A DNA stretch of 64,000 nucleotides, taken from assembly GCA_038087875.1 (NCBI GenBank), contig JAXLNO010000502.1, positions 1 to 64,000 of the forward strand, in the 5' to 3' direction. The position numbers and the translations under genes are program-made. Source of the DNA: Malacoraja senta (Eukaryota). Shown in pieces: positions 48,021-59,840 of this stretch (positions within the stretch are counted from its first letter, which is position 1; every line of letters starts with the position of its first letter). The notes below the pieces were generated by a model that saw only the letters and a program-made list of their open reading frames with translations, had not been told where the DNA came from and did not search any database.

Positions 48021-48884
48021 AACTGCCAGCACCTACTCTGTTGTAATGTGGATATGTTCAAAGATACCACTATTCATTTCCTTAGATTCCATGAGTAAAT
48101 ACAGATGACAAATATTAATTCAATACATGGCTCATCTCCTGTAGCCCCACACCAACAACTACATTGATCTTTAATGAGACCTATTGTCACCCAAGTTACT
48201 CCTTTGATCTTAATATACTGGTAGAATCTGTATAATTCTTTACTTTTTCTGCCAAAGCGATCTCATGTCCTCTTTTTGCCCTCCTGAATTCCCTCTGAAA
48301 TACTTTTTCCCTTTTCAGATGGTGTAGTTAAATATGCCATTTTCCAACATGCATACTTTTGAAAAATGATAAACAATACATCCAACATTTCCACAGCCAC
48401 CTCCTTTAATACCGGATCCTGTGGATTGATCAGTCTTCACTGCCATTAATGTCTCCAGCAATGGTTTTTCCACTACTAATAATTTTCTCTAATTCCTCAT
48501 TTTCATTAGGCTGTTGGTTCCTAGCATTTCAGGTAAGTTGATTATATCCTCATGCCTGTATCAGAACCAATTGTAAATTGCTCTCCCATTTCTTTGTTCC
48601 CCTTTCCAAATCCTCCTGTTTCTGACTGAAAACAACCCTCTCACGTTTTCATGTTTGTATTTACTTGCAGAAGCGTTTACAGTGCACTTTTATGTTCCTT
48701 GCCAGTTTACTTGCACACACTATTTCCTTCTCTTAATCCAACCCTTGTGTCTTTTTAGTTGAATTCAAACTGCTCCCACACCTCACAGCTGTCTGATAAT
48801 TCTTTGTGGCCCCATCTTGGATGTAATATTAATCATCAACATTTCAAAGTGAGGCACACAAGTGGAAATAAACAGGGTGATTAC

Positions 48885-48986
48885 CATCTACTGCAATCCA
48901 CAATATAGTAGCAGTTAGAAGCATAATCAGTGATGTCATCAGGAATAGCAGGCATAGGACAATCAGGAAAGTTTGTGCTATCTTAT
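48885..48986 (-). CDS. Ig + 5-TM receptor-like gene, TM2 exon: (D)KIAQTFLIVLCLLFLMTSLIMLLTATILWIAVD
   Basis: Acceptor ctctgttcttttccAG|, donor ATG|GTAATC; 102 nt, phase 1/1; strongly hydrophobic. Confidence 0.85.
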
Positions 48987-49099
48987 CTGGAAAAGAACAG
49001 AGGACAGATTATGTGTGTGGTAGACATTTGAAGGAAACGGAATTATATACTATTGGTAAACTGCATAACAAACCGAACATCACCAAATGAACACCCTCA

Positions 49100-50930
49100 G
49101 TTCAAGTCAAGTCATGAGAGTTTATTGTCATGTGTCCCAGATAGGACAATGAAATTCTTGCTTGCTGCAGCACAACAGAATATAGTAAGCATAAATACGG
49201 AGCAGTTCAGTGTGTCTATATAGCATAAACCATATATATATACACATAAATAAACAGACAAAGTGCAATAGGCTGTTATTGTTCAGAGTTTGTTTGATGG
49301 CGAGTTTTATAGCCTGATGGCTGTGGGGAAGAAGCTGTTCATGAACCTGGATTTACCAGATTTCAGGCTCCTGTACCTTCTACCAGATGGCATCGGAGAG
49401 ATGAGTGTGGGGCCAGGATGGTGTGGGTCCATGATGATGCTGGCAGCCTTTTTGAGGCAGTGACTGCGATAGATCTTATCGATGGTGGGGAGGTCAGAGC
49501 CAATGATGGACTGGGAATGGTCACAACTTTCTGCATTCTTTTCCGCTCCTGGACGCTGAAGTTGCCGAACCAAGCCACGATGCAACCAGTCAGCATGCTC
49601 TCTATTGTGCACCTGTAGAAGTTCGAGAGAGTCCTCTTTGACATACTGACTCTCCGTAATCTTCTCAGGAAGTAGAGGCGCTGATGTGCTTTCTTTATAA
49701 TTGCATCAGTGTGCTGGGACCAGGAAAGATCTTCGTAAATATGCATGCCCAATTTCTTGACCCTTTCCACCATCGTCCCGTTGATATAAACGGGACTGTG
49801 GGTCCCTATCCTACCCCTTCCAAAGTCCACAATCAGTTCCTTGGTTTTGCTGGTGTTGAGAGCCAGGTTATTGTGCTGGCACCATTTGGTCAATCGGTCG
49901 ATCTCACTTCTATACTCTGACTCGTCACCATCGGTGATTCGTCCCACAACAGTGGTGTCGTCGGCGAACTTGATGATGGAGTTTGCACCTTGTCCGGCTA
50001 CGCAGTCATGAGTATAGAGTAAAGCAGGGGGCTGAGCACGCAGCCTTGAGGTGCTCCCGTGCTGATTGTTATCGAGGATGACACATTTCCACCAATACGA
50101 ACAGACTGTGGTCTGTGGATGAGGAAGTCGAGGATCCAATTGCAGAGGGATGCGCAGAGACCCAGATCTGAGAGCTTGGAGGGGATGATCGTATTAAACG
50201 CCGAGCTGTAGTCAGTGAATAACAGCCTGACATATGAGTTTTGTTGTCCAAGTGTTCCAGAGCGGAGTGGAGAACCAGTGAGATCACATCCACCGTTGAT
50301 CTGTTGTGGCGGTAAGCGAACTGCAGTGGGTCGAGGTTCTGTCGGGGTAGGAGTTGATATTCGCCATAATCAACCTCTCAAAGCACTTCATCACCACAGA
50401 AATTAGTGCCACTGGTCGATAGTCATTGAGGCACGTCACCTTGCTCTTCTTGGGCACTGGTATTATTGATGCCCTTTTAAAGCAGGTGGGAACCTCAGAC
50501 CTCAGAAGTGAGAGGTTGAAAATGTCCATAAAAACTCCAGTCAGTTGGTCCGCACAGGTTTATAGAACACAACCGGGTATGCCATCAGGTCCAGGCGCTT
50601 TCCGAGGACCCCTGAAGGATCTTCTGACGTCGGCCTCTGTGACTGTGACTGAAATACCATCACGGCGAATGGGGGCTCGGGAAGGCACATCAGTGTTCTC
50701 CCTATCAAAGCGTGCGTAAAACACATTGAGCTCATCAGGAAGTGATGCTTCGCTGACAATTTAGCTGCCTCCTGATTTCGCCTTGTAGGAGGTGATGGCA
50801 TTCAAGCCCTGCCACAGTTGCCGAACATCCGTCTCATCCTCCAGCTTGGATCAGAAGTCCCTTTTGGCCTTTTTGATGGCCTTACCAAGGTCGATTCTGG
50901 ACTTCTTGTAGACCTCTGTATCTGTCGGTG
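49100..50930 (-). mobile_element. Rex1/Babar-like retrotransposon, 5'-truncated and frameshifted
   Basis: [44 protein letters not shown]; (CTTGA)n tail at ~49100. Confidence 0.9.
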
Positions 50931-51909
50931 TTTCAATAAGATCCCCTCTCATCTTTCTAAACTCCAGAGTATACAAGCCCAGCTGCTCCATTCTCTCACC
51001 ATATGACAGTCCTGGCATCCCGGGAATTAACCTTGTAAACCTATGCTGCACTCCCTCAATAGCAAGAATGTCCTTCCTCAAATTAGGGGACCAAAACTGC
51101 ACACAATACTCCAGGTGTGGTCTCACTAGGGCCCTGTACAACTGCAGAAGGACCTCTTTGCTCCTATAGTAGTTAACTCCTCTTGTTATAAAGGCCAACA
51201 TGCCATTCGCTTTCTTCACTGCCTGCTGTACCTGTATTTTCATTGACTGATGAACAAGGACCCCCCACAGCTCCTGACAGCGGCAATATAAGCAGATAGA
51301 GTGGTATAAAAAGGCATTTGGTATGCTTGCCTTGATAGGTCAGGGCATTGAGCATAAGAGTCAGGAAGTCATGATCAGCTTTATAGGACTTTGGTTAGAC
51401 CATGTTTGGAGTATTGTGTGCAGTTCTACCTGCCCCATTATACGAAGGAAGTGGAGGATTGGAGAGTGCAGAAGAGGTTACCAGAATGCAGCCTAGATTA
51501 GAGGGTAGCAGCTAAAAGAGGAGGTTGGACAAACTTGGATTTTTTGTCTCTGAAATGAAGACCTTATAGGAGTATATAAGATCATGAGAGGCATAAATAT
51601 GGTAGACGGTCAGAACCTTTCTCCCAGGAATGACTCTTATGCTCAATGCCCTGACCTATCAAGGAAAACATACCAAATGCCTATTTTACCACTCTGTTTA
51701 CTTATATTGCCACTTTCAGGAGCAGGGGTGGAGGTGGAGGCAGAAGATCATGGTGTTGAAGAGGCTTTTACAAGGACATATGGATATACTGGGAATGGAG
51801 AGGTATGGGTCATATGTTGGCAAAGATGATTACTTTATCTTGGCATTGTGTTTGGCACAGGGCAGTGTGGGACAAAGGGCATTTTCCTGTGCTGTAACAT
51901 TCTATGTAT

Positions 51910-52308
51910 AGGAAAGAACTGCAGATGCTGGTTTAAATCAAAGGTAGACACAAAATGCTGGAGTAACTCGGTGGGACAGGCAGCATCTGGAGAGAATAAA
52001 TGGGTGGCGTTTCTGGTCGAGACCCTTCTTCAGACAGATGTCAGAGAGAGACAGATAGAAAATCTCTGTCCTGCCCACTCCCCTGACATCAGTCTGAAGA
52101 TGGTCTCGACCTGAAACATCACCCATTCCTTCTCTCCCACTGAGTTACTCCAGCACTCTGTGAAACGTCACCGATTCCTTGGTCTCCAGAGATGCTGCCT
52201 GTCCCTTTGAATTACTCCAGCAGTCTGTGAAACGTCACCCATTCCTTGTCTCCAGAGATGCTGCCTGTCCCGCTGAGTTACTCCAGCATTTTGTGTCTAC
52301 CTTTAACA
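51910..52308. mobile_element. Inverted pair of Penelope-type terminal repeats (SINE/MITE-like)
   Basis: 51935-52045 is reverse-complementary to 52085-52135 plus 52250-52303; each arm has a ctgaaga..ggtctcgacc..gaaac core. Confidence 0.7.
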
Positions 52309-53126
52309 TTTCTGCTTTATGTTCTTCCACCAACAAAGTTGACAAATATTTATGATCTACTAGACCAAGTGGGACCTGTTGGGTCCCGTCCCTCAATGTG
52401 CGATTGTGGGCGGCGGCCTGCGGCATCACACACACACTAACCACACACACACACACACTAAACACCCCCTTGATATTATATTATATTATTCATTCGCTCC
52501 TTTTACCCCATCCCCTGCCCTATCCACTCACGCATAGCCCACAACTCACAGGCCCGGTTAGAGAGGGCAGAGGCAGAGAGAGGGCAGGGGCAGAGAGAGG
52601 GCAGGGGCAGAGGGAGGGCAGCGGCAGAGAGAGGGCAGAGGGAGGGTGGGGCAAAGGCAGGGCAGAGACAGAGGGCGGGGGGTGGGGGCGCACGGCGTCA
52701 CAGGGGAGGGCTGGTTCCCGAACGCAATACTCCCTCGCTCCAACTCCAGCTCCAGCTCCGCTTCTGCCCAGGTCCAGTCGCCGGGCTCGGCCTGCGGCAG
52801 CAACCTCCCCACCATGCACCGACCGGGGGCAAGTACAGGACCCCGACTTGCTCGTTCTTTCTGCGTCTTTTGAATAACCGGGGGGGAGGAGGTTGGAGTG
52901 GTCGGGGGGGATGACGTCACTTGCAGCGTGTGGAAGACGGCACGGGAAGCAGACCCATTGTGACGTCATTCTTAAATTCAAAGTTTTGTCAGATTTATGA
53001 ACATTTTCATTAATAACGAGAAATAAAGCCATGGGATTTTCAGATAAGGCGATTTTGGACTCCACCGGAAAAATCTCTACTGGAATATGTACATTTTTTA
53101 CCGTTACTGCGTCGTTTTTTCGCGAA

Positions 53127-53834
53127 GCCGTCCCACTTAGGCGATTTTTCAGGTGACTGCTGGTGAATGTCAAATTGCCGGCAATCGCCTGAAATACCGG
53201 CAAATGGAACAGCGACTACCAGAGTGGAACACAAACACAAACACATCGCTGGCGGGGGACAGGGCAAGCAGGGGGAGCACTGTCTGAGTGAAATTCACAC
53301 GGTGCAAAGCCAAGGTGATATAGACACACACTGCGATGAACAGGAACGTTGGCGCTGTAATTAAGAAGCAAAGTGTACGGTAAGTCCTTTAAAAGAGGGG
53401 GAGAGAGGGGGAGAAGGAGTGGAGACAACTTTTAAGATGCCAGAGATACACGGCTGTGAAGCGCGGCAGACATTAACTTCTGAAAACTACTGCTTATGTT
53501 TTTTTCCCCCCAATGAGCCAATGAAATTCACCGGTCAGCATCGGCTACAACCTACGAGAACCTAAGAGAACCTTCGACCTCCTGGCGACCCAACTATGGC
53601 ACGAGAATTCTCGCTACTCTCCAAGGCGGCTTCATTCTAGTCGCCGCTAATTTTTCAACATGTTGAAAAATTTGCGGCGACCATAATGAGGCCGCGAACA
53701 GTTCCAGAATGCGGGAACTCCTCAAGATCATGAAGGCGACTCCCCGGCAACTACCCGCGAACATGTGGCGACCAACGTGGCGACTGCATAGTCTCCTGCA
53801 GTCGCCTAAAAAGTCGCCTAAGTGGGACAGGCCC
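53127..53834. mobile_element. MITE with ~30-bp terminal inverted repeats (possibly PIF/Harbinger-like)
   Basis: GTCCCACTTAGGCGATTTTTCAGGTGACTGC (53130-53160) versus GCAGTCGCCTAAAAAGTCGCCTAAGTGGGAC(AGGCCC) ending at 53834. Confidence 0.7.
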
Positions 53835-54207
53835 ATAAATAATAATAATAATAATAATACTTTATTGATCCCCTCAGGGAAATTCAGATGTCCAGAAGCC
53901 CCCAACCAACAAACCCACGCATTCAGAACGAAAGCAGACAAAAAATACATAAAATACAATATGGACAATACCTGAGAGCAATAAATACTTGAAAAGACCA
54001 ATAATGCAAAAGCATCCCCCTACAGCCTAGCGGCCCGTATTATAAAATCTAATGGCTGCAGGGGAGAAGGATCTCCTGAACCGCTCCATTCTACAGCGCA
54101 GGGAGAGGAGCCGGTTGTTGTTCTGAGTGCTCTTTTGACTCACCAGAGTTTCATGGAGGGGATGCCCGGGGGTTTTCTAGGATTACCTGCACCTTACACA
54201 CCTCATA

Positions 54208-57200
54208 GGGGGGTGGGGTGTCGAATGGGATAGTGGAGGGTGGAGTTAAAGGGGAAAGGGTTTCTTAAATGTGTGAGCGTAGAGACAGAGGAGTGTAAAA
54301 TGAGGGTCGAAGCAATAGGTAGCAAGGTGAAAAGTAAAAGTGGAAGACAGACAAAACCAGGACAAAAATCAAAAAGGGCCACTTTTCAACATAATTGTAT
54401 AAGGGGTAAGAGTGTTGTAAAAACAAGCCTGAAGGCTTTGTGTCTCAATGCAAGGAGCATTCGTAATAAGGTGGATGAGTTGAATGTGCAGATAGCTATT
54501 AATGACTATGATATAGTTGGGATCACGGAGACATGGCTCCAGGGTGACCAAGGCTGGGAGCTGAACATCCAGGGATATTCAATATTCAGGAGGGATAGAG
54601 AGAAAGGAAAAGGAGGTGGGGTAGCGTTGCTGGTTAGAAAGGAGATTAACGCAGTGGAAAGGAAGGACATTAGCTTGGAGGATGTGGAATCGGTATGGGT
54701 AGAGCTGCGAAACACTAAGGGGCAGAAAACGCTGGTGGGTGTTGTGTACAGGCCACCTAGCAGTAGTAGTGAAGTTGGGGATGGCATCAAACAGGAAATT
54801 AGAAATGCGTGCGACAAAGGCAAAACAGTTATAATGGGTGACTTCAATCTACATATAGATTGGGTGAATCAAATTGGCAGGGGTGCTGAGGAAGAGGATT
54901 TCTTGGAATGTATGCGGGATAGTTATCTAAATCAACATGTAGAGGAACCAACGAGAGAGCAGGCTATTTTAGACTGGGTATTGAGTAATGAGGAAGGGTT
55001 AGTTAGCAGTCTTGTTGTACGTGCCCCCTTGGGCAAGAGTGACCATAATATGGTTGAGTTCTTCATTAGGATGGAGAGTGACATTGTTAATTCAGAAACA
55101 ATGGTTCTGAACTTAAAGAAAGGTAACTTTGAGGGTATGAGACATGAATTGGCCATGATTAACTGGCAATTAATTCTAAAAGGGCTGACGGTGGACATGC
55201 AATGGAAGACATTTAAAGACTGCATGGATGAACTACAAAAATTGTTCATCCCAGTTTGGCAAAAGAATAAATCAGGGAAGGTAGTGCATCCGTGGATAAC
55301 AAGGGAAATCAGGGATGGTATCAAAGCGAAAGATGTTGCGTACAAATTAGCCAGAAAAAGCAGCATACCAGAGGACTGGGAGAAATTCAGAGACCAGCAG
55401 AGGAGGACAAAGGGCTTAATTAGGAAAGGAAAAATAGATTATGAAAGAAAACTGGCAGGGAACATAAAAACTGACTGCAAAAGTTTTTATAAATATGTAA
55501 AAAGAAAGAGATTAGTTAAAACAAATGTAGGTCCCTTGCAGTCAGAAACAGGTGAGTTGATCATGGGGAACAAGGATATGGCGGACCAATTGAATAACTA
55601 CTTTGGTTCCGTCTTCACTAAGGAAGACATAAATAATCTGCCGGAAATAGCAGGGGACCGCGGGTCAAAGGAGTTGGAGGAATTGAGTGAAATCCAGGTT
55701 AGTCGGGAAGTGGTTTTGGGTAAATTGAATGGATTAAAGGCCGATAAATCCCCAGGGCCAGATAGGCTGCATCCCAGAGTACTTAAGGAAGTAGCTCCAG
55801 AAATAGTGGATGCATTAGTAATAATCTTTCAAAATTCTTTAGATTCTGGAGTAGTTCCTGAGGATTGGCGGGTAGCAAACGTAACCCCACTTTTTAAGAA
55901 GGGAGGGAGAGAGAAAACAGGGAATTACAGACCAGTTAGTCTAACATCGGTAGTGGGGAAACTGCTAGAGTCAGTTATTAAAGATGGGATAGCAGCACAT
56001 TTGGAAAGTGGTGAAATCATTGGACAAAGTCAGCATGGATTTACGAAAGGTAAATCATGTCTGACGAATCTTATAGAATTTTTCGAGGATGTAACTAGTA
56101 GCGTGGATAGGGGAGAACCAGTGGATGTGGTGTATCTGGACTTCCAGAAGGCTTTCGACAAGGTCCCACATAAGAGATTAGTATACAAACTTAAAGCACA
56201 TGGCATTGGGGGTTCAGTATTGATGTGGATAGAGAACTGGCTGGCAAACAGGAAGCAAAGAGTAGGAGTAAACGGGTCCTTTTCACAATGGCAGGCAGTG
56301 ACTAGTGGGGTACCGCAAGGCTCAGTGCTGGGACCCCAGCTATTTACAATATATATTAATGACCTGGATGAGGGAATTGAAGGCAATATCTCCAAGTTTG
56401 CGGATGACACTAAGCTGGGGGGCAGTGTTAGCTGTGAGGAGGATGCTAGGAGACTGCAAGGTGACTTGGATAGGCTGGGTGAGTGGGCAAATGTTTGGCA
56501 GATGCAGTATAATGTGGATAAATGTGAGGTTATCCATTTTGGTGGCAAAAACAGGAAAGCAGACAATTTTCTAAATGGTGGCCGACTAGGAAAAGGGGAG
56601 ATGCAGCGAGACCTGGGTGTCATGGTACACCAGTCATTGAAAGTAGGCATGCAGGTGCAGCAGGCAGTGAAGAAAGCGAATGGTATGTTAGCTTTCATAG
56701 CAAAAGGATTTGAGTATAGGAGCAGGGAGGTTCTACTGCAGTTGTACAGGGTCTTGGTGAGACCACACCTGGAGTATTGCGTACAGTTTTGGTCTCCAAA
56801 TCTGAGGAAGGACATTATTGCCATAGAGGGAGTGCAGAGAAGGTTCACCAGACTGATTCCTGGGATGTCAGGACTGTCTTATGAAGAAAGACTGGATAGA
56901 CTTGGTTTATACTCTCTAGAATTTAGGAGATTGAGAGGGGATCTTATAGAAACTTACAAAATTCTTAAGGGGTTGGACAGGCTAGATGCAGGAAGATTGC
57001 TCCCGATGTTGGGGAAGTCCAGGACAAGGGGTCACAGCTTAAGGATTAGGGGGAAATCCTTTAAAACCAAGATGAGAAGAACTTTTTTCACACAGAGAGT
57101 GGTGAATCTCTGGAACTCTCTGCCACAGAGGGTAGTCGAGGCCAGTTCATTGGCTATATTTAAGAGGGAGCTAGATGTGGCCCTTGTGGCTAAAGGGATC

Positions 57201-57340
57201 AGAGGGTATGGAGAGAAGGCAGGTACGGGATACTGAGTTGGATGATCAGCCATGATCATATTGAATGGCGGTGCAGGCTCGAAGGGCCGAATGGCCTACT
57301 CCTGCACCTAATTTCTATGTTTCTATGTTTCTATGTTTCT
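54208..57340 (+). mobile_element. Young CR1-type LINE, 5'-truncated but with complete ORF2
   Basis: Uninterrupted ORF2, CR1 3' UTR and (TTCTATGT)n tail at 57313-57340. Confidence 0.95.
54240..57236 (+). CDS. CR1 ORF2: apurinic-like endonuclease + reverse transcriptase (998 aa open frame; first ATG at 54300)
   Basis: CLNARS, ITETW, GDFN, SDH (endonuclease); [30 protein letters not shown] (RT). Confidence 0.95.
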   Translation: MELKGKGFLKCVSVETEECKMRVEAIGSKVKSKSGRQTKPGQKSKRATFQHNCIRGKSVVKTSLKALCLNARSIRNKVDELNVQIAINDYDIVGITETWLQGDQGWELNIQGYSIFRRDREKGKGGGVALLVRKEINAVERKDISLEDVESVWVELRNTKGQKTLVGVVYRPPSSSSEVGDGIKQEIRNACDKGKTVIMGDFNLHIDWVNQIGRGAEEEDFLECMRDSYLNQHVEEPTREQAILDWVLSNEEGLVSSLVVRAPLGKSDHNMVEFFIRMESDIVNSETMVLNLKKGNFEGMRHELAMINWQLILKGLTVDMQWKTFKDCMDELQKLFIPVWQKNKSGKVVHPWITREIRDGIKAKDVAYKLARKSSIPEDWEKFRDQQRRTKGLIRKGKIDYERKLAGNIKTDCKSFYKYVKRKRLVKTNVGPLQSETGELIMGNKDMADQLNNYFGSVFTKEDINNLPEIAGDRGSKELEELSEIQVSREVVLGKLNGLKADKSPGPDRLHPRVLKEVAPEIVDALVIIFQNSLDSGVVPEDWRVANVTPLFKKGGREKTGNYRPVSLTSVVGKLLESVIKDGIAAHLESGEIIGQSQHGFTKGKSCLTNLIEFFEDVTSSVDRGEPVDVVYLDFQKAFDKVPHKRLVYKLKAHGIGGSVLMWIENWLANRKQRVGVNGSFSQWQAVTSGVPQGSVLGPQLFTIYINDLDEGIEGNISKFADDTKLGGSVSCEEDARRLQGDLDRLGEWANVWQMQYNVDKCEVIHFGGKNRKADNFLNGGRLGKGEMQRDLGVMVHQSLKVGMQVQQAVKKANGMLAFIAKGFEYRSREVLLQLYRVLVRPHLEYCVQFWSPNLRKDIIAIEGVQRRFTRLIPGMSGLSYEERLDRLGLYSLEFRRLRGDLIETYKILKGLDRLDAGRLLPMLGKSRTRGHSLRIRGKSFKTKMRRTFFTQRVVNLWNSLPQRVVEASSLAIFKRELDVALVAKGIRGYGEKAGTGY

Positions 57341-57728
57341 ATACTCCTCTCAAGCACATCCATCCCAGAGTCCACTCTCCCCTCCAGCACTGAGCTAGCC
57401 CGTTTTACTAGTTTGTCCAACTTCTTGCTGTTTTTCGCACTGATGCTGTTGCCCCAGCAGACAACAGTGTAAAAAATGACACTTGCAACCACAGTATTGT
57501 AAAACATGTACAGCATATCATTACGCACATTTAAGGATTTGAGCCCTCTGAGGAAAAAGAGTCTGCTCTGACCTTTTTGTAGAGGGAGTCAGAGTTGACA
57601 AACTTGATTAGGGCGAGGAAGAATATATTCCACCAATCAAAACAAAGTTCCATAGCAACCTGTACTTTTGCCTTTTAGCCTCTGCAAAGTCAATATTTTG
57701 CATTACCTACAGAACAACATTCTTATAC

Positions 57729-57836
57729 CTGTGTACCGAAATATCGTTGAAAGCATGAAGGCACTAACTGAGGTCAGCATACATCCAAGACCAATAATAG
57801 CCACTGATATTATCTTGTATTCAAATGGAAGGATAC
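57729..57836 (-). CDS. Ig + 5-TM receptor-like gene, TM1 exon: (G)ILPFEYKIISVAIIGLGCMLTSVSAFMLSTIFRYT
   Basis: Acceptor ttcttcacttgttttAG|, donor CAG|GTATAA; 108 nt, phase 1/1. Confidence 0.85.
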
Positions 57837-58257
57837 CTAAAACAAGTGAAGAACAAAATTAACATCAATAATGCATAAGCAGTAATCTGCTTACTAATTA
57901 CTGCTCTGTTACATTGAAATTACAAAATAATGTGCAATTTCACCGCATAGTGTTTTTAGCACATTCATTAGACCACTGTTTAATTTAGTTTATGATTGTC
58001 ATGTGTAGGCACATTAAGAAACGTTTTGTTTGTTGCTATCCATTCAAAGAAAAGACAATACATGAACATAATCAAGCCATCCAAAGGGCACAGGTAAAGG
58101 ATAAAGAGTGAAACATTCAGTGCAAGATACAACATTGAAATCCGATAAAGGATGATTAAAGGTAGTTCAAATGAGGTAGCTGGGAAGTCAGGAAAAGCTG
58201 CAGGTTTGGTATCTCTCAAATTAACCAGTAAATGTTATATAAACATATTTAAATAAA

Positions 58258-58715
58258 TCTCTCCACTGGCTCCCTGTGCGGTTCCGTATACATTTCAAGA
58301 TCCTCCTCTATGTCTACAAAGCCCACAATGGGCTTGCCCCCACCTACATCAAAAGTCTTCTTACCCACCACTCCACCTCCAGGTCCCTCAGATCGGCCGA
58401 CTTGGGGTTGCTGAATATCCCGCGGTCTAGGCTTAAGCTCAGGGGCGACCGCGCCTTTGCGGTTGCAGCTCCTAGACTGTGAAACAGCATCCCCCCTTCC
58501 CATCAGAACTGCCCCCTCCATCGACTCCTTTAAGTCAAGACTAAAAACGTATCTATACTCCCAAGGCTTTCTTGACGTCCTCTGAGCGAGGGCTATATGT
58601 ATATATTATGTAGTTTGTTTGTTTATACTATTATAACAAATGTAAAGCACTTTGGCCAACGAGAGTTGTTTTTTAAATGTGCTATATAAATAAATGTGAC
58701 TTGACTTGTGACTTA
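58258..58715 (+). mobile_element. L2-type LINE 3' end
   Basis: LHWLPVRFRIHFKILL...GLAPTYI..LL...R.LRS...GDRAFAVAAPRL; AATAAA and gactt tail. Confidence 0.85.
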
Positions 58716-58937
58716 AATAACCCCAATAGAACATGCCATGCTGGTGTTTCAGCTGTGTTTCATAAAAGCATCACCTATGCAGTGACTTTGGAAAGCATGC
58801 AGCCAAAACGGTTAACCAGAATGTTGCCTGGATTAGAGGGTATTAGCTTCAAGGAGAGGTTGGCCAAACTTGATTGTTTTCTCAGGAGTATGGAAGTGTG
58901 AGGGGCAGCCTGATGGAAGTACACACAATTACCAGGG

Positions 58938-59840
58938 ACAGATACAGTGCCCAGAGAGACGTTTATCAGGCACAGATACAGTTCACAGACAGAGATGTTT
59001 ATCAGACACAGATACAGTTCACAGACAGAGACGTTTATCAGACACAGATACAGAGCCCAGACAGAGACGTTTATCAGACAGATACAGAGCCCAGACAGAG
59101 ACGTTTATCAGACACAAATACAGTTCACAGACAGAGACGTTTATCAGACACAGATACAGTTCACAGACAGAGACGTTTATCAGACACAGATACAGAGCCC
59201 AGACAGAGACGTTTATCAGACACAGATAGAGCCCAGAGATGTTTATCAGGCACAGATACAGAGCCCAGACAGAGACGTTTATCAGACACAGATACAGAGC
59301 CCAGACAGAGACGTTTATCAGACAGATACAGAGCCCAGACAGAGACGTTTATCAGACACAAATACAGTTCACAGACAGAGACGTTTATCAGACACAGATA
59401 CAGTTCACAGACAGAGACGTTTATCAGACACAGATACAGAGCCCAGACAGAGACGTTTATCAGACACAGATAGAGCCCAGAAAGAGATGTTTATCAGGCA
59501 CAGATACAGAGCCCAGACAGAGACGTTTATCAGACACAGATACAGAGCCCAGACAGAGACGTTTATCAGACAGATACAGAGCCCAGACAGAGATGTTTAT
59601 CAGACACAAATACAGTTCACATACAGAGACGTTTATCAGACACAGAATAAGAGCCCAGACAGAGACGTTTATCAGACACAGATAGAGCCCAGACAGAGAC
59701 GTTTATCAGACAGATACAGAGCCCAGACAGAGACGTTTATCAGACACAGATACAGAGCCAGACAGAGATGTTTATCAGACACAGATACAGAGCCCAGACA
59801 GAGATGTTTATCAGACACAGATACAGAGCCCAGACAGAGT
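58938..59840. repeat. Minisatellite, ~36-38 bp (cagatacagagcccagacagagacgtttatcagaca), expanded inside a decayed CR1 3' fragment
   Basis: Tandem array; CR1-like sequence on both sides (58780-58935 and 59840-60120). Confidence 0.95.

Larger units (their letters stand above)
53836..57600 (-). mobile_element. Rex1/Babar-like 3' fragment split by the CR1 at 54208-57340
   Basis: ORF 57331..57528 (FYNTVVASVIFY...CWGN...) continues at ~54205 with ILENPGHPLH...RFRRSFSPAAIRFYN and an (ATT)n tail. Confidence 0.75.

Noticed and set aside
57707..57728. Alternative donor TAG|GTAATG extending the TM1 exon
   Set aside because: Would end in phase 2 and frameshift the TM2 exon; the 57729 donor keeps frame.
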